Source: Prasinococcaceae sp. CCMP 1430
Taxonomy: Eukaryota; Plantae; Prasinodermophyta
Direction of reading: 5' to 3'
DNA length: 64,000 nucleotides
NCBI GenBank assembly: GCA_013416795.1
Contig: RQSC01000808.1
Location: 1,638 to 65,637 of the forward strand
Shown here: one piece after another, positions 10,368-20,857 of the stretch
Layout: every line of letters starts with the position of its first letter
Position numbering within the stretch: the first letter of the stretch is position 1
The notes under the pieces: generated by a model
Databases searched by the model: none
Told to the model about the DNA's origin: nothing
The model's input: the letters and a program-made list of their open reading frames with translations, nothing else
Made by a program: the position numbers and the translations under genes

Positions 10368-12032
10368 ATGGCGCGCGCNNNNNNNNNNNNNNNNNNNNNN
10401 NNNNNNNNNNNNNNNNNNNNNNNNNNNNNNNNNNNNNNNNNNNNNNNNNNNNNNNNNNNNNNNNNNNNNNNNNNNNNNNNNNNNNNNNNNNNNNNNNNNN
10501 NNNNNNNNNNNNNNNNNNNNNNNNNNNNNNNNNNNNNNNNNNNNNNNNNNNNNNNNNNNNNNNNNNNNNNNNNNNNNNNNNNNNNNNNNNNNNNNNNNNN
10601 NNNNNNNNNNNNNNNNNNNNNNNNNNNNNNNNNNNNNNNNNNNNNNNNNNNNNNNNNNNNNNNNNNNNNNNNNNNNNNNNNNNNNNNNNNNNNNNNNNNN
10701 NNNNNNNNNNNNNNNNNNNNNNNNNNNNNNNNNNNNNNNNNNNNNNNNNNNNNNNNNNNNNNNNNNNNNNNNNNNNNNNNNNNNNNNNNNNNNNNNNNNN
10801 NNNNNNNNNNNNNNNNNNNNNNNNNNNNNNNNNNNNNNNNNNNNNNNNNNNNNNNNNNNNNNNNNNNNNNNNNNNNNNNNNNNNNNNNNNNNNNNNNNNN
10901 NNNNNNNNNNNNNNNNNNNNNNNNNNNNNNNNNNNNNNNNNNNNNNNNNNNNNNNNNNNNNNNNNNNNNNNNNNNNNNNNNNNNNNNNGCGCGGGCGCGC
11001 CCCGCGCTGCTGCCCTCGCTCCTGGCCTCGCTGCTGGCGCTCCTTTCCGCGGCCCGCCGAGCGCGCGCGCAGGGCTTCGCGCGCACCGACGACGCCGCCG
11101 GCGCGCCGCCCGCTCCGTTCGAGTACCAGCAGGACCCGTTCACGCGCTCGAGCGAGTACCCCTACAACGTGTGCAACCAGCTGCCGGGCAACATCGGCGA
11201 AGATGCGGCCTCGTACGCCGAGACGTACAAGCGCGCCAAGGTGCGCGCGCGCGTGCTTGACCCCCGTCCTCGGTGTCCCGCGCGACGCGGGGGAGGGGGA
11301 AGGGATCGGGGATGGGGGCGCCTTCGAAAGCGGAACGCAGAGAGAGAGAGAGAGGGAGAGAGCGCGCTCGACCCGCGCTCGCGGGGTGCTGACGCCAGCC
11401 GCCGCCGCGCGCTCTCGCCCGCAGTGCGTGCCCATAGAGGCGGGCGAGCTGGAGTTTTGCGACGCGGTCGCGTACGACTCGTGCGTGCGCATCCAGGAGT
11501 ACTGGCGCTTCGACAACCTGGTGGCAATGCAGTACGACGCCGTGCTGCAGGAGTGGAAGGACACGCTGACCGCCAACGACCAGGCGGCGCTCGTCGATCC
11601 GGGCTGCGACGCGGCCTTCAAGGCGTACTTCTGCTACGCGGCATTTCCCAAGTGCTGGGAGGTGCGCTCGCTCGCGCACGCGCCCGGCCTCGCGCGCGCG
11701 CGCGTGCTCGGCGCAGCCAGCGCTGACACGCCCGCCGCCGGCGCGAGCGGCCACAGGGTGATATCGAGGGCGAGTACTGGGAGGTAAGGGCGCCGACGCG
11801 CGCCGCGCGCACCCTCGCGAGCGCTGTGTTCGGCCGTGGCTGACTCCGGGATGCGCGCGCGGGCACGGCGCCGCCATCGCCGCGCGCTCGCCACCCGCGC
11901 AGCTCCCGCTGTGCTTCGACTACTGCGTCGCAGCCAACGCGGCGTGCATTGGCAACCCCGAGGCAGCCAAGCGCGTCTGCCGCTCGCAGGTAGGCACGGG
12001 CCGCGTGAGCCCCGAGGGGCGAACCGACATCA
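10368..12032 (+). CDS. Secreted cysteine-rich Frizzled-CRD-like protein, copy 1. Has the ATG but diverges from copy 2 after 12032. Exons: to 11240, 11425-11661, 11757-11783, from 11903
   Basis: ATG 10368 precedes the gap; signal peptide ARPALLPSLLASLLALLSAARRARA follows it. Three phase-0 GT-AG introns. Cys pattern CDAAFKAYFCYAAFPKC ... LPLCFDYCVAANAAC. Confidence 0.55.
10379..10988. other. Assembly gap (610 N) flanked by (GC)n on both sides
   Basis: Run of N inside a predicted signal-peptide coding region. Confidence 1.
10989..12032 (+). repeat. 1,044-bp direct repeat, copy 1 (partner 17029-18072, offset 6040)
   Basis: No difference found by eye, and the ORF translations match. Identity ends after GAACCGACATCA. 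Confidence 0.95.
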
Positions 12033-13697
12033 GCTGCGTGCGTGGCGGCGCGGCAGGCGGACTACGCGCGGATCGACGAGGACGCGTTCGCGGCCGAGGA
12101 GGCCGCCTTCTTCCACGCGCGCACACTGCGCCAGGAGTACGCAGCGTATCCCAAAGCCGCAGCGGACCCCTCGCGCGCGCTGCTCGCCGGTGCGGACGAC
12201 GCCGAGGTGACGCGCCGCATAGGCAAGGGCTTCATGGACCGCGGCAGCATCAGCAGCTACGTGAAGGCGGGCGGGCCAGCGTTTAACTACGCGCTGCAGA
12301 GGACGGGTTCCAACCTTTTCCAGACGGTGCGTGCCAAGCGAAGGAGTGGCCGCGCGAGCTATGAATGACGCGTAGGCTGATGTGCGCGCATCCCGGCGGA
12401 GGAGCTGGCGCGCGTGCCTGTCGTGGAGGCGATCTGACGGCGCGGGGCTGCTCTGAACACAACGCGACGCGCGTGCGTGCTTGCATTTAGCTCTTTTCGG
12501 CACACACGGGCATCGAGATGTACAACGCAGAGAAGCCCACAGCACCCATACCCTTCTATTGGCGCTCGCCGCTCGGCGAAGCGCACGTCAACCACCCAGG
12601 ATGGAAGCACTTCCGCATCACCGAGACGCCCTGGCTAGAGGCAGGTGGCAACAGGCGTGAAAGGCGCAACCTGACCAACGACGTGCTCAAGTACAGGCCA
12701 AAGGTCGTGCCCGGCGGGCCTACCAACTTAGACGACCTCGAGGCGTATGCGCAGTTTGCCTTGTGCCGCGGCAAAATGCTCGAGTACGCCCTGTGCAGCC
12801 ACGGCAAGTTCTCGCACCCAATCAAGTTCTACCTTGTGAGCGTCAAGTCGCCCGCGCGCTGGTTGTACTCGGTGATGCGCAATTGCCCTGACTGCCCGCA
12901 GTATGCCGCCGACGACGACAACGGCCTCGGCGCGGCTATGTTCCGTGGCAAGAGGGTAGGAGGGGTGCATGGCAGAAATCCGGCGCAGCAGCGCCCCGCG
13001 CGCTACGTGCAGCTGTGGAACGACTTCTACGGCCGCTGGCTGGACCTCGCTCGCTCCAACCCGGGGCGCGTGGCGATCGTGCGATATGAGGATATCATCG
13101 CCAACTGCCGCGGAGCAATTGAAACAGCTGCCCGAAAGGTGGGTGTGAAGTTCACGCCCACGGACGGCCTGCCAGCCACGCACAAGGGCCAGGGCTGTCA
13201 CGGTGATGCCGGCCCATCGGGTGCGATATTCATGTCGGGCGGAAGGGACTTCAAGAGGGAATCAGAGAAGGTGAGCACGCGTGCGTGGGCAGGCGCGCGC
13301 GCGCGCCAGAGCGAGCGAGCGAGCACGTGTCTAACGCTGGTCCATCGGCCCTTCCCCCTCCGCCCTTGGTCCCGCGCGCCACACGCGCACGTGCACACTC
13401 GCCCACTTTTGGTAGTACCTTGGCTGGAGCTGGATGAACGAGATGGACAAGCGCGGTGTGGAAGAGCTCGCCAAGCACGTCGATCGCGAGCTGATGGACG
13501 CGCTTGGCTACAACTCTACGGAGCTTGATGAGAACATTGCCCGCAAGCTTGGCAGAGCTGTGGCGGACGCAGCAGCAACGGAGGCCTCGGGAGTTCCTGT
13601 CGCGCACGATCGCATTCCGGCGACGTTTGCGCACCACAACACACAGTCTGGTCCCATTGCAAGCATGCGCCAGCGCTTCCAAGCCCAGCGCGGCTGA
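12033..13697 (+). CDS. Sulfotransferase-family protein lacking its own start codon; exons about 12033/12057-12326, 12491-13270 and 13416-13697
   Basis: PAPS-binding-like YALQRTGSNLF, GWKH, VSVKSPARWLYSV, IVRYEDII and C-terminal W..M....VDRELMDALGY. Both downstream introns are phase 0 and keep the frame. Confidence 0.65.
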
Positions 13698-14580
13698 CAT
13701 GGAGCGCGCGCACATACGTGCCCACGCGACGCAGCGCGACGCAGCGCGTGCGCGAGCGAGCGCGGCACACTCGCACATCATCGCCCGAAATGAGCACCCA
13801 TTACCGTGCATGAGCTCGCACCTCGACTCGCGCGTTCCCGTGAGCGCGCATCACCTCATGCTGTCGTGCATGCCCAAGGCCATGCCACCGCCGCCCACGC
13901 TCAAATTCATGCCATCGTCACGTCCATCAGCCGTCGGCCATGCAGCACCATTGTCGTCGCCCAGAGCTCGCCTACCACGGGTGGTCCCCTCCCCCTGGCC
14001 AGTACCCTTTCCTCCGCTGAGCGTGGACCCGTGCTGACGCGCCGCTCGGCGCACACGCAGTGCGCCGCCGTGCCGGCTGGCCGGCAGGCTGGTCGGGGAA
14101 CGCAGCAGGGCCGCATGCCCAGTTTGTCCATCTTCTACCCCATCAATGCGTCTCGAATCCCACCCGAATACTCTCCTCACGTCCAGAAATGTGAATCGTT
14201 TTCCCGCCGAACTCGTGAGCGCTTGGCTTGCGCGGTCGGGTCGCCCGATGCGGAAGGCGGCGGGTGGGCCGCAGGCTCGCCCTCTGGAGAGCCCCCTCTC
14301 GGCCGGCGCGGGTCGCGCGGGCTGGCGTGGCGGCAGCAGGCCGGCCGGCGCCAGGGCCCGTCGGGGCGACCTCCTCGCCGCGATGTGGGAGAGGGGGACG
14401 GTGGCGCGGGGGCGCACGTGTTCCTGCCGCGCGCGTTCGCGCGCGCTGACGGCGGCGGCGGCGCGCCGTCGGGTGGCGGCGCGAGCGTGCGCCTGGTACA
14501 GTATGTACAACATACTTCCTTACGATACAGTACACGCGCGCCGCGGCAGGGGAGGGACCGCTGCGGCCCACAGTCGGCGC

Positions 14581-14994
14581 TCAGCGAAGCTTGCACTGCA
14601 TGTTGGGGCCGAAGACTTCCAGCGTCTTTGTGTGGCGCCAGCCGATGGTCTGCGACGTTGTCACTGGCGCGCTGTACGCCTCTGTAGGCTTCTTCGAGTT
14701 GCTGTACGCCTTGCGCTGCGATGCCGACATGTACGTCTCCAGCTGCAGGCGAACGTTGCCCTTGGGGAGCGCGTCCTCGCGCACAGGCAGGGTGCGCTGA
14801 AGCGCATCGGCCGAGCCGTTGGCGATGGCCTCTCGCGACTGCGTCTCAAGGGACTCAGCGTCGCCAGACTCGCGGAGGAAGCCCCAGTCGCGGTTCCAGT
14901 TCTTGCTCGCGAGGAGCTCGCTGCGCACGCGCCCGCGCCAGTTGGCGTCCTCAATTATGGCCGTCGTCTCCTTCGCGGTGTTCGCGTTCGCCAT
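14581..14994 (-). CDS. C20orf85/CIMIP1 (LLC1)-like ciliary microtubule inner protein, 137 aa
   Basis: DANWRGRVRSELLASKNWNRDWGFL and PVTTSQTIGWR match the two conserved blocks recalled for this family. Confidence 0.6.
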   Translation of the reverse strand: MANANTAKETTAIIEDANWRGRVRSELLASKNWNRDWGFLRESGDAESLETQSREAIANGSADALQRTLPVREDALPKGNVRLQLETYMSASQRKAYSNSKKPTEAYSAPVTTSQTIGWRHTKTLEVFGPNMQCKLR

Positions 14995-15399
14995 GGCCTT
15001 GAGGAAGGATGGAGAGGGGCGGGGAGCGCTGGGGGGTGAGGCGCGCGGCGCGCGCGCGCTCTGCCGTGCCGTCGTCCGTGCCACCGCTCCAACCGCGCGG
15101 ACAGTAGGGCAGACCTCTCAGAAAAACGCCGTTTTTGGAACAGCGTCGGTTCAATGGCGTTCCCGGGCGCGCGCTGGGTGGATGGGGGTGGGGGTGGGGT
15201 AGGGGCAGCGGGCGCGCCAGAGGGCGGCAAGCGCGCGCGTCGCGCGTGGCGCCGCGTTCAAGGGCGGGGTCCACCACCACCGCCGCCACCGCCACCACCC
15301 CACGCGCGCCGCCCTGCTTCGACTGCACCCCTCCGGTTGCTCCTGAGCCCGGGGCGGCCGGGCGGCGGCGCGCGGGTGCGCGGCTAGGCGCGAGCTGCG

Positions 15400-16947
15400 A
15401 TGTTCAAGCTGCGGAGCGTGCCGCGTGTGCCAATCGTGCCTGTCGAGGGCGTGCATGAGCGGCTACAGGGGTCGACTGCATTGAGAAAGACGGGGGCCAA
15501 GGGTGGCGCGCGGGATGGCGATGGCAGCTCGCTCGCGCCGGGCATCGCTGCGCGCGGATGGCAGGTGCAAGCGGAGGAATATCTGAAGGACGCGGCTGGC
15601 GGACGGTATCGCTCGACGGCCGTGCGCGCCGAGGTGCGCCTGATGGAGGCTCTGCAGCGGCAGCCGCCTAACACTGCCGAGGGGAGCGGTGGCGATGAGG
15701 GCGGGGAGAGGCCAGATGCCTACCGCACAGCCGTGTGCGCGCAGATGCTCACTGAATTGTGCTCCATCGCGGGGCCGTTCACAGGCGTGCTCGGCACCAT
15801 ACGCGACGAGCTCGTCAAGGCCATTTACTCAGAGTACTACCTGTCCACCAGCGGCGCGCTACACTTCGATCAGGTGCGGGGTGCGGGCTGTGTAGGGTCA
15901 GGTTGAAGCTTGCGCGCGCGCGAGCGCACCTGACTTGGGTGCACACACTTGCACGGTGTCCCTCTGGACGCGCGCGCCTCCATACCTACCCACCCACCCA
16001 CCCACCCGCCCACCACCACCACGCTACACGCATACCGATAGGTCCCGCACTTTGTCGTGGTGGGCAAGCTTGAGAATGATCTAGCAGAGATGGAGGCGAC
16101 GCGGGACGCGTGGCGTCGGGAGCTCTTGGAGCACCAAAACGGCGTGGCGGCCATCGAGGGGCGACTGAGGGCGTTGGACGCGCGCGCAGCTGAACAGGAC
16201 AGCACCATTGCCGAGCTGCGCACGGCCCTCGCCGAGGCTACCGAGCGATACGCTGCCTCCAAGGCGGAGGCCAAGACTTCGCGCGATGAGGCGAAGCGTG
16301 CGAGACGTGAGCTGCTCTCTGCAAAGGAGGCCATCGCGCGCGAGAGTCGCGGCACTAATCGCGACGGCTTTGTGGACGTCGCGGAGCACGAGGCAATGCG
16401 CGAAGCGCTGCACGAAGCGCAGCGCGAGCTCGCAAAGGCGCTCGCAATGGCCAGCAGCCGCAGGGCCTTTGATGAGAACGCGCTCCAGTCGACCGAAGCC
16501 GCGCAGGAGCTCGAGTCGCTGCGCGAGGAGCGCGACAGCCTCAGGGAGGTGGTAGAAAGGATGGCTGCGTCTGGTCGCGACAGCATGGATGTACCGACGC
16601 GCGAAGAGCTGAAGCACCAGACCGCCGCGCTCGAAGCCACCAAGGCGGAGCTCGAAACTGTGCGCGCGGAGATTGAGGCGCTGCGCTCGGGGCGAACCAC
16701 CGCCGAGGGTGCGCTCGACGAGGCGAAGGAGCTGCTGGCGCCCGAGCCCGACTGCGTCGCCAGGGCTTCAGCGGCAGCGGCGGCCAGCGGCGACGCAGGC
16801 AATGACGGCGGCGGCAGCGGTGCCAGAAATCCTGGCCTAGAGCTGACGGGCAAGGTGGGTGCGTCCGAGGCCTCGGGAACGGCTCTCGGGACGCCCGGGG
16901 ATGCCGCGGGAGCGCTCGCGCCGGGCAACTTGCCGGCGGTCGCGTGA
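15400..16947 (+). CDS. Coiled-coil protein, possibly TSNAXIP1-related; exons 15400-15873 and 16042-16854, then either read-through to the stop at 16947 or splicing to 16969
   Basis: Phase-0 intron 15874-16041 joins HFDQ|VPHFVVVGKL to a long heptad-rich region. There is a further strong donor AAG|GTGGGT (16855) and a branch/acceptor CTAAATTACGCAG (16968). Confidence 0.6.
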
Positions 16948-17028
16948 GCGCATTGCTAAATTACGCAGGTTTGGTATCGCGACGAGCGCACGCGCGCGTT
17001 CGAAACGCGCGCGCTCGGGCGCGCGCGC

Positions 17029-18072
17029 GCGCGGGCGCGCCCCGCGCTGCTGCCCTCGCTCCTGGCCTCGCTGCTGGCGCTCCTTTCCGCGGCCCGCCGA
17101 GCGCGCGCGCAGGGCTTCGCGCGCACCGACGACGCCGCCGGCGCGCCGCCCGCTCCGTTCGAGTACCAGCAGGACCCGTTCACGCGCTCGAGCGAGTACC
17201 CCTACAACGTGTGCAACCAGCTGCCGGGCAACATCGGCGAAGATGCGGCCTCGTACGCCGAGACGTACAAGCGCGCCAAGGTGCGCGCGCGCGTGCTTGA
17301 CCCCCGTCCTCGGTGTCCCGCGCGACGCGGGGGAGGGGGAAGGGATCGGGGATGGGGGCGCCTTCGAAAGCGGAACGCAGAGAGAGAGAGAGAGGGAGAG
17401 AGCGCGCTCGACCCGCGCTCGCGGGGTGCTGACGCCAGCCGCCGCCGCGCGCTCTCGCCCGCAGTGCGTGCCCATAGAGGCGGGCGAGCTGGAGTTTTGC
17501 GACGCGGTCGCGTACGACTCGTGCGTGCGCATCCAGGAGTACTGGCGCTTCGACAACCTGGTGGCAATGCAGTACGACGCCGTGCTGCAGGAGTGGAAGG
17601 ACACGCTGACCGCCAACGACCAGGCGGCGCTCGTCGATCCGGGCTGCGACGCGGCCTTCAAGGCGTACTTCTGCTACGCGGCATTTCCCAAGTGCTGGGA
17701 GGTGCGCTCGCTCGCGCACGCGCCCGGCCTCGCGCGCGCGCGCGTGCTCGGCGCAGCCAGCGCTGACACGCCCGCCGCCGGCGCGAGCGGCCACAGGGTG
17801 ATATCGAGGGCGAGTACTGGGAGGTAAGGGCGCCGACGCGCGCCGCGCGCACCCTCGCGAGCGCTGTGTTCGGCCGTGGCTGACTCCGGGATGCGCGCGC
17901 GGGCACGGCGCCGCCATCGCCGCGCGCTCGCCACCCGCGCAGCTCCCGCTGTGCTTCGACTACTGCGTCGCAGCCAACGCGGCGTGCATTGGCAACCCCG
18001 AGGCAGCCAAGCGCGTCTGCCGCTCGCAGGTAGGCACGGGCCGCGTGAGCCCCGAGGGGCGAACCGACATCA
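17029..18072 (+). repeat. 1,044-bp direct repeat, copy 2
   Basis: Matches 10989-12032. Confidence 0.95.
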
Positions 18073-18173
18073 TCTGCATGAGCTGTGCGTCCGGGCTGGT
18101 GGCCAAGCTGCGCGCGCATGCGCTGCTCGCCGCGCTCTTCGCGGCGGCCGCCTCGGCGATGCTGCCGCCTTGA
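17029..18173 (+). CDS. Frizzled-CRD-like, probably GPI-anchored protein, copy 2. Has the natural 3' end but no in-frame ATG. Exons: to 17280, 17465-17701, 17797-17823, 17943-18173
   Basis: Ends ...IICMSCASG-LVAKLRAHALLAALFAAAASAMLPP-TGA, resembling a GPI signal. TGTAA about 48 nt downstream. An in-frame TAA at 16957 precedes it with no ATG in between. Confidence 0.6.
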
Positions 18174-18407
18174 GAGTGCGCCGGGGTTGGCGGGGATGGG
18201 CCGTGTATTCTACCTGTGAATGTAAATCCCACTGCAATTGTTGTACTGTACACACAGACACGACCCGACGAGCACTGAAGGTGGCCGAGGGACGCTCCCC
18301 CTCGTGCGCCACGCGCGCGCGCGTGTTTGTGCGTGCAAAGAATGGGGGGAGAGCGGCGCGCGCGCCGTCGCCACCAGCCGCTGTGTGCGCGCCCGCGCGC
18401 ACGTTGC

Positions 18408-20300
18408 CTACAGAATGGGATCTGTCCCATTCCAGTCCACAGTGAGCGCCTGCCCCCAGCGCGTGGCGATCACGCGCTCGAGCGGCGGCGAGTCGTCGGT
18501 CGTGTCGGCTGCGCCGTGGCACGCGCGCACGCCAAGGAGACACGCACGCACGAGGGGGGAGAAGCGTGTCAGCACCGGCGGCGCACGCGCGCGCACTCGC
18601 GAGACGCAGTGAGTGGCGCACGCACCTCCCCCGTGCCTGACGCTGAGGCGTATGGGCTCGTCTTGACGAGCGAGCCCGTCGTAGTATAGCAGCTCTGCCG
18701 GCGCAGAGCAGTCGTCGGCGCGCGTGGACGCGTCGGCCGCCCAGAGCACAGTGAAGTGCGACTCGGAGCACACCACCCAGATCGGGCTGAGCGCGCGCTT
18801 CAGGTGGGCACCAACCTCGACGTATTTGAACCACTCGAAGAGCGTGAGGAAACCGACCGCCGACCGTCGGTCCACGCCGCGCATCACCATTGGCCCGCTC
18901 TCCCCCCCCAGATCCACCCGGCGCTCGCCGTCGTGCACGCCCGCGCGCGCGCGCCCGACGACGAGTAGGTTTACGAGCTCCTGCGTGCAGTAGCCGTGCG
19001 CGCCCACAAGGCTCCCCTCAGGCTCATCCATGTCGTTGCGCGCATCCTCCACGCCGCGGCTGAGCAGCACGCTCAGCACCAGCAGCAGGAGGCCGTGGCC
19101 GCGCGCCTCGCCCCAGCCGCCGTGCGACAGCTGCTCCAACGCGCGCGCACGCGCGGCCGCGCGCGTGCTGCACGTGTGCGCGCGCGCGCACGCAAGAACT
19201 GAGTCGAAGTCCGCCTCGCCGTCGAAGGCGCGAGGAGAGGATACGAGCACGCACGCACCACCCTTGGTTGAGGCCGCCTGCTCGAGAATGTGCGCGACCG
19301 CGCCCGCCAGCGCCTCCAGCTGCGCGCTCGCGCCGAGCTCGCCTGTCGCCGCCGCCGATTGGGTCGCTCCCGCTCCAAGCTCGCGCAACACGTACGCCTG
19401 CAGCGCTGCCAGCACGCCACACGGGCCACCCTGCGCCTGCACGAGGCCGTACTTTAGCCCCGTCTTCTCGCAGAAGTACAGCCCCTGTCGCCACGACGGC
19501 CCGCCCCAGCCTCGGTTGGTCGCCGCCGCCGACGAGCCGCGCGCTCCGAAGAGGAGCGCCTTGGCGGCGCGCGCGGAGGTCACCGAGAGCGCTTCGACAT
19601 CGGCGTCAGCGCCACCTGGGGCACCGGGGGCCGCGCCGAAGGCGGGCGCGGGCTTGCTCGAGCCGAGGCCGAGGCCTGCAGCCGTCGGTGCGCGCACATC
19701 GAACGCGCCAGCAGCAGGCGCGGGCGCCTCGTCGAAGTCGTCGTCAGCGTCCTCGATGACCAGCGCCTCGTCGACACGGGCCTGTAGCGTCCTCTTGTAC
19801 CCCGGGGCGGGAGCGGGGCCGCGCGTCCCCGGCGCGTGTGCCAGCGCGCTGCTCGGGCGCAGCAGCGAGGCGGCGCGTCCAGCGGAGGCGTCGCCCGCCG
19901 TCGGGACGCCCGAGACGCTCCACGAGGCAGTGCGCACGGGCACCGGCGGCCGCACGGGCGCGGGCCCATCAGACGCAAGCTGCTCGGAAGCCTGAGCCTT
20001 GTCCTTGTCGCTCGTGGCGGCCTCCTTGGTCGTGTCCATACCGGCCACTTTGGACGCCAGGTGCTCGCAGATGACGTCTAGCAGCGTGGGCAGCGTATCG
20101 GCCGGCGCGCGCTGCTTGTTGCGCCTGAGCTGTGCAGATAGGCCGATACGCTTGGCGACATCCGAGCTCCGGCTGAGCGCACCGGTTGCACGCGGCCGCG
20201 CCGCCTCGAAGGCCTCGGCCACCTCCGCGAGCGAGGGCGAGCGCGCCAGGTACTCGCGCACGAGCGCCTCGGAGAGCTCGCCCGTTGCTCGCCCGGCCAT
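18408..20300 (-). CDS. MINDY4: MINDY-family deubiquitinase, MINDY4/FAM188B-like; exons 20300-18626 and 18508-18408
   Basis: N-terminal EALVREYL...LDVICEHL block, catalytic GLVQAQGGPCGVLAALQA, HGYCTQELVNLL, PIWVVCSESHFTVLW, YYDGL and VDWNGTDPIL. 117-nt phase-1 intron. Confidence 0.85.
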   Translation of the reverse strand: MAGRATGELSEALVREYLARSPSLAEVAEAFEAARPRATGALSRSSDVAKRIGLSAQLRRNKQRAPADTLPTLLDVICEHLASKVAGMDTTKEAATSDKDKAQASEQLASDGPAPVRPPVPVRTASWSVSGVPTAGDASAGRAASLLRPSSALAHAPGTRGPAPAPGYKRTLQARVDEALVIEDADDDFDEAPAPAAGAFDVRAPTAAGLGLGSSKPAPAFGAAPGAPGGADADVEALSVTSARAAKALLFGARGSSAAATNRGWGGPSWRQGLYFCEKTGLKYGLVQAQGGPCGVLAALQAYVLRELGAGATQSAAATGELGASAQLEALAGAVAHILEQAASTKGGACVLVSSPRAFDGEADFDSVLACARAHTCSTRAAARARALEQLSHGGWGEARGHGLLLLVLSVLLSRGVEDARNDMDEPEGSLVGAHGYCTQELVNLLVVGRARAGVHDGERRVDLGGESGPMVMRGVDRRSAVGFLTLFEWFKYVEVGAHLKRALSPIWVVCSESHFTVLWAADASTRADDCSAPAELLYYDGLARQDEPIRLSVRHGGGACATHCVSRVRARAPPVLTRFSPLVRACLLGVRACHGAADTTDDSPPLERVIATRWGQALTVDWNGTDPIL

Positions 20301-20419
20301 CGCCGGAGCGACGAGCGGGCGAGCAGGCGCGAGGGGGCGAGCGAAGACGAAAGCGCGCGCAGGTGTGTGTGTGTGTGTGTGTGTGTGTGTTGGGGTGGTG
20401 GGGGGTGAAAGGAAGCTGC

Positions 20420-20454
<35 letters not shown>

Positions 20455-20857
20455 GGGCAGCGAGAGGCGTGCGATGTGACAACCCTCGCCCGCCAACCCC
20501 CCCAAGCCCACCAGCCCGCAGCAACCCCCGCGCGCTGTGTGGCTGCGCGCATGTGGGCATCGACCGGGTCCGCATTCGGCGGGCTCGCGGGCTCATGGTA
20601 TCGCACAAACCCACCGCGAATTGATGCCAGATTTCCCTTGGCGGATTTTCTTTTTCATTTCTTTTTTTTGCGGCGTTTCTGCGCGCGTGCGAACGTGCGC
20701 GCTGCGCCAACAAAACGATTGCACTCGCGACAAAACATGCGGCGGTGGGCGCATTCATTTCAATGAGGAGTGATCCGCGCTGCGACCAAAAAAAAAAAAA
20801 AAAGAGGATCGGCCAGGCGGATCGCGGCGGCGTGCCACACCGCGCGCGCGGGCGCGT

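Noticed and set aside
10989-18072. LTR retrotransposon interpretation of the 1,044-bp direct repeats
   Set aside because: The repeats are exon/intron sequence of a host gene, lack a 5' TG, and enclose no gag, RT or integrase.
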